From positions 248,001 to 312,000 of the forward strand of contig JAKMXF010000255.1 in the NCBI GenBank assembly GCA_024704765.1: 64,000 nucleotides of DNA. Direction: 5' to 3'. This stretch comes from Oopsacas minuta. Its lineage: Eukaryota > Animalia > Porifera. This document shows positions 10,494 to 21,400 of the stretch, in pieces. The notes beneath the pieces were generated by a model. It saw only the letters and a list, made by a program, of their open reading frames with translations, ran no database searches and was not told the origin of the DNA. Made by a program: the position numbers and the translations under genes. Positions within the stretch are counted from its first letter, which is position 1. Each line of letters opens with the position of its first letter.

Positions 10494-11822
10494 ATGAAAG
10501 TTCCCAGTAATAAATCTATTCGAGTGTTTCACTGCTGTATGGTAATATCATTAGGTTACGTAGGTTGTGTATACATAGATGGATATTCATCTCCAATTGA
10601 AGACGAATTATTGAAGGCGAGAATTTTCACAGAAAATGTCTACCCAGTATTTGTATCAATTAGTTTTCTCACAGCAATGATAAGTTCTTTCATATCAGGA
10701 CCATTAAGTGAATGGCTAGGTTGTAAAGCTGTTATTATACTCTTCTCTCCATTTGCAATAATCGGTGGATTTCTTCTCGTATTAGCCCATGACTCTAACA
10801 GCATGATTTTAGGTAAAATGATGGTTGGGATCAACCAAGGCATGGTAATAACATGTGTTCCTATATTCAATGCAGAAATACCTCCTCCTCATATGAGACA
10901 GTTCTACGGTTCCATGCTAGCAATAGCAGTACGGTTTGGTGTTCCATTGACATATTTCCTAGGAATTTGGGTAGGAGCTAGCTGGTTAGCACTAGGATAC
11001 GTAGGAATAAGTAGCTTTATTGTTTTGAATGTGGTATTCTTACCAGAAAGTCCAAAATGGTTGCAAAAAAAGGGATTTACAGAAAAAGCCGAAAGAGCTA
11101 GGAATTATTACTACAATTCTCTTCAAAACGAAGAATGTCAAAAAATTACTGAAAATTTAAATGTAGAATTATGGGTGCCAGCTGGAGCGAGTATAAAGGA
11201 AAAGATTTCAAGCTACTTTGTATGGCCCGTGATTCGACCTATGTTGGTATGCAGCAGTATTCATTTATTTAAAACATCATCTAGTTATGAGTTACTACTA
11301 TCTTTTGGATCTCATACAATAGAGAGGGGAGTGAATATAAATCCAAACATAGCATCTCTATTCTACGGTATATTCCTCTTGTCTGGGAGTATATTGTTCT
11401 TATTAATTTATAGTAAAGTGAACTGGAAGAGATGGATACTAGTGACAACAATGATACAAGCGATAAGCAATGGATTGCTAGCTTTAGTGATGTTTCTCTC
11501 AATTAACATATTCCATTGCTCGACAACAGAAACTAGTATACTGTGTGATATCTTACAGTACTCTCCAATGATACTAGTAAGCAGTTATGCATTTACAATG
11601 GCTGCAGGTTGGGGATCTCTTTCCTACTGGCTGTTAGGTGAAATATTACATCATCATTACGCTCGTGTATCAGCTGGGATTGTCATATTTGTCAGCTACA
11701 TGAGTGCGTATCTGAATGAGCTCATAGCACCAATGATAGTAGAGTATTTGGGACCTGCAGTAGTATTCCTGGGCTATGCTATCATGTGTTTAATTGGATT
11801 TACAGTTCAGTGGTTCTATTAA
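10494..11822 (+). CDS. MFS sugar porter (GLUT6/8, Tret1-like)
   Basis: About 12 hydrophobic segments; SEWLGCK (D-R-x-G-R-K-like), PIFNAEI, LPESPKWL, WLLGEIL. Confidence 0.8.
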   Translation: MKVPSNKSIRVFHCCMVISLGYVGCVYIDGYSSPIEDELLKARIFTENVYPVFVSISFLTAMISSFISGPLSEWLGCKAVIILFSPFAIIGGFLLVLAHDSNSMILGKMMVGINQGMVITCVPIFNAEIPPPHMRQFYGSMLAIAVRFGVPLTYFLGIWVGASWLALGYVGISSFIVLNVVFLPESPKWLQKKGFTEKAERARNYYYNSLQNEECQKITENLNVELWVPAGASIKEKISSYFVWPVIRPMLVCSSIHLFKTSSSYELLLSFGSHTIERGVNINPNIASLFYGIFLLSGSILFLLIYSKVNWKRWILVTTMIQAISNGLLALVMFLSINIFHCSTTETSILCDILQYSPMILVSSYAFTMAAGWGSLSYWLLGEILHHHYARVSAGIVIFVSYMSAYLNELIAPMIVEYLGPAVVFLGYAIMCLIGFTVQWFY

Positions 11823-13016
11823 CATATTCTATACTCAGCTATGGAAAATTATCATTATTGTTTAGTATTAAAACTTGTTCCCCTATATTCATTCCATTTC
11901 AATACGTAATATTTATTACTCATGGTGAATTATGTGTAAAGCTCATTATTTTAAATAACCTGTTGATAATTCAGTAGACTCTGCTTAATAAGGTCACATC
12001 GGGAGATTCTGGAGTAAATTAACACTATTTGTATGGCCTGTTTCTGGCCAACTCGTTTTCTGGATAATTCCAAACTCAAATCATTCTACATAATGATTAG
12101 CTGCCTATTGCTCTCTTTCTAATAATACAACCAACAACGAATTGGCTTTTATTAGACAATTTGAATTATAAAAGACAAACAAATACAAGTGAAAGATTGT
12201 GTCACTGATTATTATCATGAGAATTAAAAGATGGCCAATTAAAGAATACATAAATGGATTAAATTACAATTAACAATAGATACGAAATAAGTTGAGAATG
12301 CATTAGTTATTCATTTGTATAAGGATTCTGTATGTACGGGACTTGTTACACACAATCTGATTCCATCAATTCTATTCTGGGACAGAAACCAAAGGGTTAT
12401 CCAGAGAAGAAATATAGGACTAATAAACTTGTATTTTTTCACAAATGCTGAAGATTAACCAACATAATTTCTGCATATAATTAAAACAGAGGTTTCTAAC
12501 GAGCAACATATTTAATGACGTAATCATGAGGTTGCTGGTTAGAAAAATGTGAGGTTTGAGTACATAAAGATCTATTAGATTATACTCAACGTCTACAAAT
12601 TATCGAAATATAACACTTATCTATCAAGCAGAACTAAAACTGCGAGAGAATGGGGCAGTGGGAATTTGAGTAAAAATACAAGCCAAATCGGGTAATATTC
12701 TCTTAGATAATTTAACAATATTGATCAGATTGTAGTATAATACGCAACTACGTAACAACAACAATAACAATAAAGTGAGAATACTGTGATAAAGACAGAC
12801 GTGCTGATTAATAACCAAAATCAAAATAATAATAAAACTCTAGATAAAAGTTCCACTAGTAGAAAGAATCAGTCACTAAGTAGAATTGTTGGACACAGGC
12901 AGTGCTATTGATGCCACGATAGGGTGGTGAGTACAGATAATTACAGACTTACAATAAACTTAGGTAAAAGGGGTAGTAAAATAGATATCTACAGTGGAGA
13001 GAAGATTACGTCACGT

Positions 13017-14264
13017 TTACATTAAACTTTCCTTTTTGCCACGAGCTGGCTTCGGTACATCGCTGCTGTAAGTACGGCGAACAGAATTGTTTCCAGAGTT
13101 GGGGTTTGAGCTACCGAGCGATCCGGTACGAGCAAAGGCAGGAGCTAGACTAGAGGAGTGTATATAGGTAGCAGGTGACATGGTCCTACGTGTAGGGGAG
13201 GGGGAGTAAGGGATTGGAGAGGCACAACCTCGTGCTCTATTCTCATTAAACATCTTTTCTTCTTCCATCTCTAGAGAAGATTCTGATTCAGATAGAGTTC
13301 GACAAAGAGCTTCGCTACGCTCCATCTCTCTCCTCAGTCGTTTCAGAAGTAACATATTCTGTTCACGTAGTCCTTTCTCTTCAATTTCTAAGTGAGCTAG
13401 TCGAGTGCTCTGTCTAGTCTCGCTCTCCATCAGTAGACGCTTTAGGTGTCTAACCTCTGTCTCTAAGCTACGACATCTGACAGCTAGTTGTGTGCTTTCA
13501 TCCATACCAGAATTACTGCCTGTGCTACTCTTGTGCTCGGAAGCATGGGAGCCCCGTCCTGGAGATGAACTGGGACTTGACACACGGCCCAATTTCTCTT
13601 CCAATTCTCGCTTTTCTTTCTCAACTTTCTCCATTTGTTTGTGTAGTTTGTTTACCAACATTTCCTGCTCCTGCTCCAGAGCATTCTCAAGCTCTACTTT
13701 CTCGTGTTTGAGTCTATCCAGATCTTTCTGTTTATTGTTAGTCACAGATTCAAGATCATTAACTTTCTTCATAAGGTTAGTAACCTGATTTTCCTGTACT
13801 TCATGATCTAATGCTTGTTCTAACTGTAACTTCTCGCGTCGCAGTTTGTCGAGTTTACGCTGTAATTCGTTTGTGAGGTATTCTTCCTCTTGTTCGTAGT
13901 TCATCGCTAGAACCTCTTTCTCCTTCTTCAAGATTTGTATTTTCTTCAGGAGTTTATTACTGATATACTCCTCTTCTTGCTCAGCCATTGCTTGTATGGA
14001 AACGCTAGCAGCTTTGAGAGATGAGTTTTCTGACGAGAGAGAATTCACTCTAGATTTTAGTTGCTCGATCTCATTTTTGAGTGAAGTATTTTCGTGCAGA
14101 AGATAAGACGTACGCGGAGCCTCGCTATCTCCAGTAGCACTCTCAGTTGTAGAGTAAGAGCTTTCAAGAGATTCCATCGATGAGCTTTGAGCATTCTGCA
14201 AGCTAGATGAGAGGCTGGGGGATGACATTGAGCTACGCGCGCTGGCTCCAAGAGGTCCTGACAT
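13017..14264 (-). CDS. CCDC6: Coiled-coil domain-containing protein 6 (H4/D10S170)
   Basis: AEQEEEYISNKLLKKIQILKKEKEVLAMNYEQEEEYLTNELQRKL and LENALEQEQEMLVNKLHKQM. Confidence 0.9.
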   Translation of the reverse strand: MSGPLGASARSSMSSPSLSSSLQNAQSSSMESLESSYSTTESATGDSEAPRTSYLLHENTSLKNEIEQLKSRVNSLSSENSSLKAASVSIQAMAEQEEEYISNKLLKKIQILKKEKEVLAMNYEQEEEYLTNELQRKLDKLRREKLQLEQALDHEVQENQVTNLMKKVNDLESVTNNKQKDLDRLKHEKVELENALEQEQEMLVNKLHKQMEKVEKEKRELEEKLGRVSSPSSSPGRGSHASEHKSSTGSNSGMDESTQLAVRCRSLETEVRHLKRLLMESETRQSTRLAHLEIEEKGLREQNMLLLKRLRREMERSEALCRTLSESESSLEMEEEKMFNENRARGCASPIPYSPSPTRRTMSPATYIHSSSLAPAFARTGSLGSSNPNSGNNSVRRTYSSDVPKPARGKKESLM

Positions 14265-15762
14265 TGTGAATGGAATAATATTTGCTTTGAATTGTACTTA
14301 GTGAAATAAGTCTGGAGTTTGCAATGAATATAAAGGCTGCAGTTGATATTCTGAATCGAAGTAGCCCTGCAAGTTTATTTTATAGATGCGCAGTGGCCAG
14401 AATAGGCTAACTTATTCGATGAAATAACTAAATGAACTATTATAAGATGCGTCAAGTACAAAATATGTATGCGAATAAACTGATTATATTCGAATTAGAG
14501 TAATGGGCTCATCATTAAACAATATATTTGTGATAACTTTCGTAATAAAATGTTCAATTAAATGATTACTGTACATTTCGTATCAGTTATGATATCTGTA
14601 ATTAATTACAAATACATGTTACGTCACACTGTACGTATTTTGCTGGATAAAGGAGGTGGGGTCACAAGTAAAAGCATCATATTATTATCGAGTAATATGG
14701 ACATATTATATGCGTAAAGATCACACAAGATAATTCATTACTTACGTATAGACTTTTCTTGTAAAGATTACAATTTGTAACTGCTAATCAATAATGTAAT
14801 ATATTCACTAAGTGGGTAGAAATTGAGATTTCCATATTTTGATGCATGGCTAAGAGAACTTTACAAACTTTTTTGAATAAAATACATAAGTCACTATTTC
14901 TACGCCCACATTAATTAATATTATTGCGTACCGTTAAAATTACATTGAATAGAATTACAGTAGTAGTAGTATTTTTGGAAAGAGCAGGGTAATTATAGGA
15001 GGGTATTAGGATGTTTTCCTTACCATTTCAATCAGTTAAATATCAGATAGAAATGGATATGTAACCATAATAGAGCAATTCTCCACATGAGATTACGTAT
15101 ATTACGCACTACTACGAACCAAAATAGATCAATGCAGTCAGCTGATTAAATACAACAATTAAGGATGTGTTACTGTGTGGGGCAATATTATACCAGCTGT
15201 ATTAAAGATAATTATAATAGTATTCTAACGAAAGATAGAATATCGTCAACAGATGTAGCTTAAAGCACATCTAACAATGAGTAATTAATATATTTTCTAT
15301 GATCCAACAATTATACAAAATTTATATTTTACTAGGAAAAACATGAAATAAGTATATTTTGTTAACAACATTACTTATCATGATATTACGTATTGTTATT
15401 CATTGTAGCTTAACCATAGAGGTCCAAGTTCCTTCCTACATTACCGGCATAACAGTACAAATCGTAAAATGTAGCCCCCATGGTTATCAACTTATCATCT
15501 ATATTACCATTTTAAGGAATCAGCTGTGTGTGATATGGATCAGTTATTACAGTGTACACGTATCTACATGTTATGCTAAATATACACATCTTCTCTCCTG
15601 AATAAGCTCCAGTGGGCTTGTTGAGAGTAACACGGTTGTTATTACATACGTCAAAACAGATCAATGTATGCAGTGAGATGAATATAACATATTGATAGTA
15701 AGTAAATAAGAGTACTTATAAAGTGATTACTAACATGTGCATAAATTCGATAAAATATAATA

Positions 15763-17409
15763 TTATAAATCAGTTCCACTCTTAGCGCCATTCTGTTCAA
15801 GATACTCAGCTACACTTTCGAACCCCGCTAGCCTAGCACCATCAAGAGGGGTTTGTTTCCAGCGATCTTTCACATTAATGTTTACCCCGCAAGACTCAAC
15901 TAGAAATTTGCTAGCCTCCAAATGTCCCTCAGAAGCTGATATATGTAGCGGAGCTCTGTTGTCATAATCCACCAGGTCTAAACTGTAACCAGAGAAGAAG
16001 TATGTCTGCAGTGTACCGACTGATCCCTGTTTAGCTGCATACAGTATAGCAGTTAGTTTATGTTCAAGTTGGTAATAGCTAGCAAAACGAGGATCTGAAT
16101 CTGAGGATTCCTCTGGGGTGAATATATGGAAGTTAAACTCTTGTACGAGCCTTTTGTTGAATTCTAATCCACGAACGCTCTGGCCCTTTTCATCCAAACA
16201 CGGTGACCATGTGCAGTAACCTAGCTTACCAGGTACAACAGAGAGGATACAGCCTATAGAATTTGATTTCGAAGGAATTCCAATTTCAAACGCGAAGGAA
16301 CTTGACGCGTTATACAATCCACAACTGTTCATTAAACTTAGCATTCGTTTCACAGCTCCAGTAGTGAATACTCTCTCTCCAGTGAATGGATTAACTCCGT
16401 AGTTAGCAATAGTAGCAGCTACACGAGACAATATGTCACATGTAACCTTGATGGATGTCATTTGAAAATACAAGTTTAGTACTTTTATTATGTCTGTTCC
16501 CTCAGGAAATGCATTTTTAGATTGCATCAAGTATGCTAGACTGTATGCACGAAAAGCAGCATTCTTCTCAGATAAATAGGTTGGGATGTCAACAGAGAGA
16601 GGAGATATTCCCGCACATTTCTCCATCAAAGTAATTATACTTACAATCCTATCAGATAGAGTTAGCTCAGGGTGAATGAGTGCGCTTATACAAAAAGCTC
16701 CTGAACTTATCATAGGATTATGAGGTAGTCCGTTATCAGCAAGATGTACCTTATCATGTAGATAAGCTGTTGGTTCATGTCCTACGTACCTGTGTACAAC
16801 TGCCTCTCCTAAATGAGTAAGAGCATATCCATACAGAATAGGATTGATACATGCCTGTACAGGGAAGTATGTGTGTGAATCTCCACATGCGTATTGTTGT
16901 CCATCTATCGTGCATATACTAAAGCCCCAGTTATCTGGACTATACTTGCGTAGCTCAGGAAGATTGTCCACTATCTTTCCGCCTGTTTTTCCAACAATTT
17001 CTTCATATATCTCAGCTACTTTCTCTTGGAAAGATTGAAAATTAGGAAAGATTAATCTTCCTTGAAATGATTTAGAAATGATGGATAAACACGGGTCTAT
17101 CATGTAACGGAAATCCTCAAAGTTAACAGTGCCATCACCTGTTTCTACGGATTTCTTGAACAATTTTGCTGTCTGTGCCAGGCGAATATCCTTCATTGAT
17201 AACCCATTATCCTCCAATTCATCAATCACTGAGTAAATGCGTATTCTTTCTGAGCTATCTTTGTAGCGATTGAATATTACTTGTTGGATTGGAAGCTCGA
17301 CAACTGAAGAATAGTTGCAACCCTGAAACGTGGTTAGTCTAGGACAGACTGGGATGCATCGTCGGATCAGGGAAGCAAACATTTTAGTGAAGGACGACCT
17401 GGTGACCAT
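15763..17409 (-). CDS. GLS: Glutaminase (GLS/GLS2-type) homolog with EF-like N-terminus and C-terminal ankyrin repeats; catalytic SxxK is replaced by AxxN
   Basis: SICTIDGQQ, VHRYVGHEP, LPHNPM, FPEGTD, MLSLMNSCGLY, WSPCLD and the ankyrin repeat DYDNRAPLHISASEGH. Confidence 0.88.
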   Translation of the reverse strand: MVTRSSFTKMFASLIRRCIPVCPRLTTFQGCNYSSVVELPIQQVIFNRYKDSSERIRIYSVIDELEDNGLSMKDIRLAQTAKLFKKSVETGDGTVNFEDFRYMIDPCLSIISKSFQGRLIFPNFQSFQEKVAEIYEEIVGKTGGKIVDNLPELRKYSPDNWGFSICTIDGQQYACGDSHTYFPVQACINPILYGYALTHLGEAVVHRYVGHEPTAYLHDKVHLADNGLPHNPMISSGAFCISALIHPELTLSDRIVSIITLMEKCAGISPLSVDIPTYLSEKNAAFRAYSLAYLMQSKNAFPEGTDIIKVLNLYFQMTSIKVTCDILSRVAATIANYGVNPFTGERVFTTGAVKRMLSLMNSCGLYNASSSFAFEIGIPSKSNSIGCILSVVPGKLGYCTWSPCLDEKGQSVRGLEFNKRLVQEFNFHIFTPEESSDSDPRFASYYQLEHKLTAILYAAKQGSVGTLQTYFFSGYSLDLVDYDNRAPLHISASEGHLEASKFLVESCGVNINVKDRWKQTPLDGARLAGFESVAEYLEQNGAKSGTDL

Positions 17410-18466
17410 AATAAATGGTTAGTCATCGGATACCATGAATGTATGCCTAGTGTATGCCTAGAGTGATTTATTCGTCGGAATTTATAAATCAAAATTTGCA
17501 TACATATATGAATAGGAAATTGAGGACGGTTGGTATAGTAGGAAATTTGAACTCGCCTCGAGGCAAGGAACCTAAGAATTACATAATAGTAGTAATAATT
17601 CCTTTTAGAAAGTTTTCCAAGGGACAATACATTTCATCCATGAAATAACAAGGAAGGAATAAATGTAATTTTTTGAGAATAATTTGGGTAAAAGCATATT
17701 GTAGACTAATAATACTTGTTGATAAACTGCAAAGGACATATTTACGTATAATGTTATTGTTATTTGTTTATGAATAAGATATGCGATTATTATAATAATC
17801 TTACATTGAACTTTCATAATCTTTGGAAAAACATAACGTTATGCTGTCTACCATTTGGATAGTGAGATATTAAATCAATGAGGTAGACAACGAATATGTT
17901 TATATCATATTTGTGAATGAACATTAATAACTAGATAGCCTGCGATATATGGCATTACACAGTGTAGTGCAAGGAAATTGGAATATGATGCTTGGAAGAT
18001 GCAACATTTGACTTGTAATGACCGAAAAGTCCTCACTGATTCGCATAAACAAATGCTATATCCCTGTAGATATATTGCACAAGTGAATAAAAAGGTATAT
18101 ACTATGGTAAACCGAATTCCAAGAATATAACAAGTAATCGTGGTCTAAGTAACTACAAACTACTAACATTCATGACACGGCATTATAGTCCGCGTGGAGA
18201 CCAAACACATTATTATTACGTATTTAAACTTGTTTGATTGTTATGTCATTTCGGTAACTAATTAATAGAAGTTTGACATCATGAATTTGCAGTTGGTATC
18301 AACTTGAAGGCATTACACACATATCAGCTGGGATTTTCAATTAGTGATGAATCATGACCTTAGGAATGTGTGAGATAGTGGGATCTATCAATGAGAGATA
18401 TAACTGTACATTTAACAAAATAAGGAGAGAAATAAATATAATAATTACTGAGGTTAAGTGACCAGG

Positions 18467-21400
18467 TTAATTAGAATCTCCATGACAAGGAGGAGATAGG
18501 AGAATAGCAGCATTAGCTAGATTCAATAGCTCAGGAGGTTTCACACTAGGAAGATTGAAATGTGTAATTATGTTAGAATCGAAATGATTCACTTCCCGTG
18601 AAGATGTGTAGCGAGATCGATCAGCTGTATAATACACAGGCATTTTATAGTGGTAGAGTTTTCTAGAATGTTTCTTTTCAGCAATTGATGGCATAAAATG
18701 GAGTGGGGGTAATCGATTGATTGGAGATTTAGCTTTCGTAGTAGCTAGTCCTCCTTGATGCGTGTGATAATCCCACTTACAGCCTTCCAGATATAGTCCG
18801 TGTATTAGAACACCATTAGATGATTCATAACCAGGGGCAAAACCTGTAAATGCTTCATCTAATGAAGGTACAGATACATTCTGTGTTATAGCACGACGTT
18901 CTGGTAGCACACGAGTTTGAAAACTTATAGATTCGAGAGGGAGATTATGCTGTCGACTGAATTCTTGTTTTATAGCAGTCAAAAAGCAGTGTGGGTTGAA
19001 GAAGGAGCCCAACCAGAAACTACGTGGACGTGAAAGAACCTCCCGAGGGGGTGCTGGGGAATTTGAACTTGTATCAGCTTGTCGCGGGGAGGAAAGCAGG
19101 TCTTGCCAGCTGGAGAAGAACTTACATCTCTGTTTGAGATCAATAATGAAAGAACCTAGTTTCTTAGTAGTAGGGTAACATACAGATCTCCATAGCTTAG
19201 GCACGATATCACTCTTAATTTCTCTGTACAATTCCTCCATCTGTATTGACATTAAATTACAACTCTTCTTAACGTATTGCAGTTCCTCAATACTGTTTGT
19301 GATCTTACTAAGAAGTTGCTGATACATTTCTATCTCCCTATCTAATACAATAAGTAACGGAGAGTCTGTAGGCTGTAGCTCAGATTCACATACTCTATCA
19401 CGTATCTCACAAATATCGATACCCGCAAATATTTCAGTGTCTTTATCACGGCTGCCTAAATCAGGAAACTCGTATACAGTAGGTAAAGAGCTTAATATCT
19501 CAGAGGATCTACGGATAACAGAATCTCTAGCTTGCCATAACTTTCCAGTACCAGCTGCTGTACTATTCATCTCTACAAGACATTGTATTAGATACATATT
19601 GTTAGCAAGGCTATATGTGACGTCAGCTGATTGATGTAATCCTAGAGACTCTGGTGAATCTTTATCAGGCAATTGTTCTATGTGTTTCTTCCAACCTTCA
19701 AACGATGCCTTGTCACTAACCATAGATAATCTCGGATCTTTCATAATATGATAGTTACTAGTAGTAACTTCACTATTGAAGTATCTCTCTAATAGACATT
19801 CTAATCTTTTCTTATCTGAGAAGTCTGTGACTCTACCTCCATAGCACGTATCCCCCAAAGACTCTACAATTCCCCTCCATGGTATGCACGAGTGGTCTGT
19901 CATTAGTCTAAGCATTATATATTTTCCACATGTAAAATCTCTAACACTGAAATCATATGGGAAATTCCAGCCTAGAGTTCTATAGCGGTTTCTACAGTGG
20001 ATAATAGCGTTGAAAAAACATAAAGAGAATAACAGACGCTTCCAGTAGGGGCCAGCCCCTTGATCTTCAAGGTCTTGTTCTGTAATAGCGCCTCTGTTGA
20101 GCAGTGTCTCTTCAATATTAGCTCTTATGCTTTTCAGTGATTCTATTCTGAGTTTGAGTGAGAGATGAAGAATTGAAATTGGAAATTTCTTACAAGTTTT
20201 AGTGATTAGCCATAGACGGAATTTTGGATGAATCTTTTGCTCTCTAATCATATTCAATAAGATATCAATAACGTTGGTTAACCAGGTAAGCTGTAGATGG
20301 ACATTCGTACATAGCACCCACCCGCCTCTCATGGCTTGCCGCTTCAATGTAGCAAAACTCTGAGAAACCCTCTCTTCCAAGAATACAAGTTGAGATAACA
20401 TTGAGTGAGAGCAGAGTTTTTCCCTAGCCAGCTTCTCCAAGTCTCCCACCATATCCTTACAACTCGTACAATCATCAGATTGAATCAATAAAATTGGAGT
20501 TATACTTACTTCTGCGGTTGGACTAGCGTAGTAGTAAGCCTCGTCTAAATCAACTACAGGTGTCTCTATGAACTCTGAACCTACCGTCTCAGTTATAAAA
20601 CTACGAACAGAGGTATCAAGTACTTCTTTACGAAGTTCTTTAATTAGAATAAGTTTATGGAAGTGTGTTAGAAAATCTGGTTGGAAATCACACTCCATTG
20701 CTGATACTATAGTAGATTTAGTGCTGGTGGTGGATATTTTTGGTGTAGGTCTGTGTGAGGAAGTTATTTGTTCGTTTGAGTTATCCTCAAACTCCTCGGA
20801 TTCTTTCTCCTCTTGGATAACATCTAATTCACTCTGTGCGCCAAGAACTTCAAAAGGGTCGAAATTGAACATGAATGGGTGTGGATCTGACATGAATTGT
20901 TTCCATAGACGAGAGTTAAGAATAATGAACTGACGAAGTGATAAGAAAGCCTAATAATATGGTCATAAGGTGAGAAATAGGACATAAATATCTACAGTGT
21001 AACCTTCATACAACTTACCTGTGGTAATTGATTCTCTAGTTCTTCACATCGTTTCCACATCTCATTTGTTATCTCAGGGGATCTGTATGGTAGAGGGATA
21101 GATGAACTGATTAGAGTAGGTTTAGGTTCGCCTGTTTGTGGAAGTAGAAAATTACTAATAGCGTTTGTCGCACTATGTGAGTTTTTAATTCCTACACCAC
21201 GAGTGTTCCTGAACAGAAAGAAGTTCCACTCTTCAATAGTCAGAGAATTCTCTTCTCTCTGAGGAGAAGATATCAGCAACTGGGAGCATAAGGTCAGGGA
21301 GAAAGGGAGTAGATGTTTGGAGAATATTGCTGTCCCAATCTAAATAGGAAATATCCAGAAAATCGTACAAAATCTATGGAATACATAAATCAGATATATT

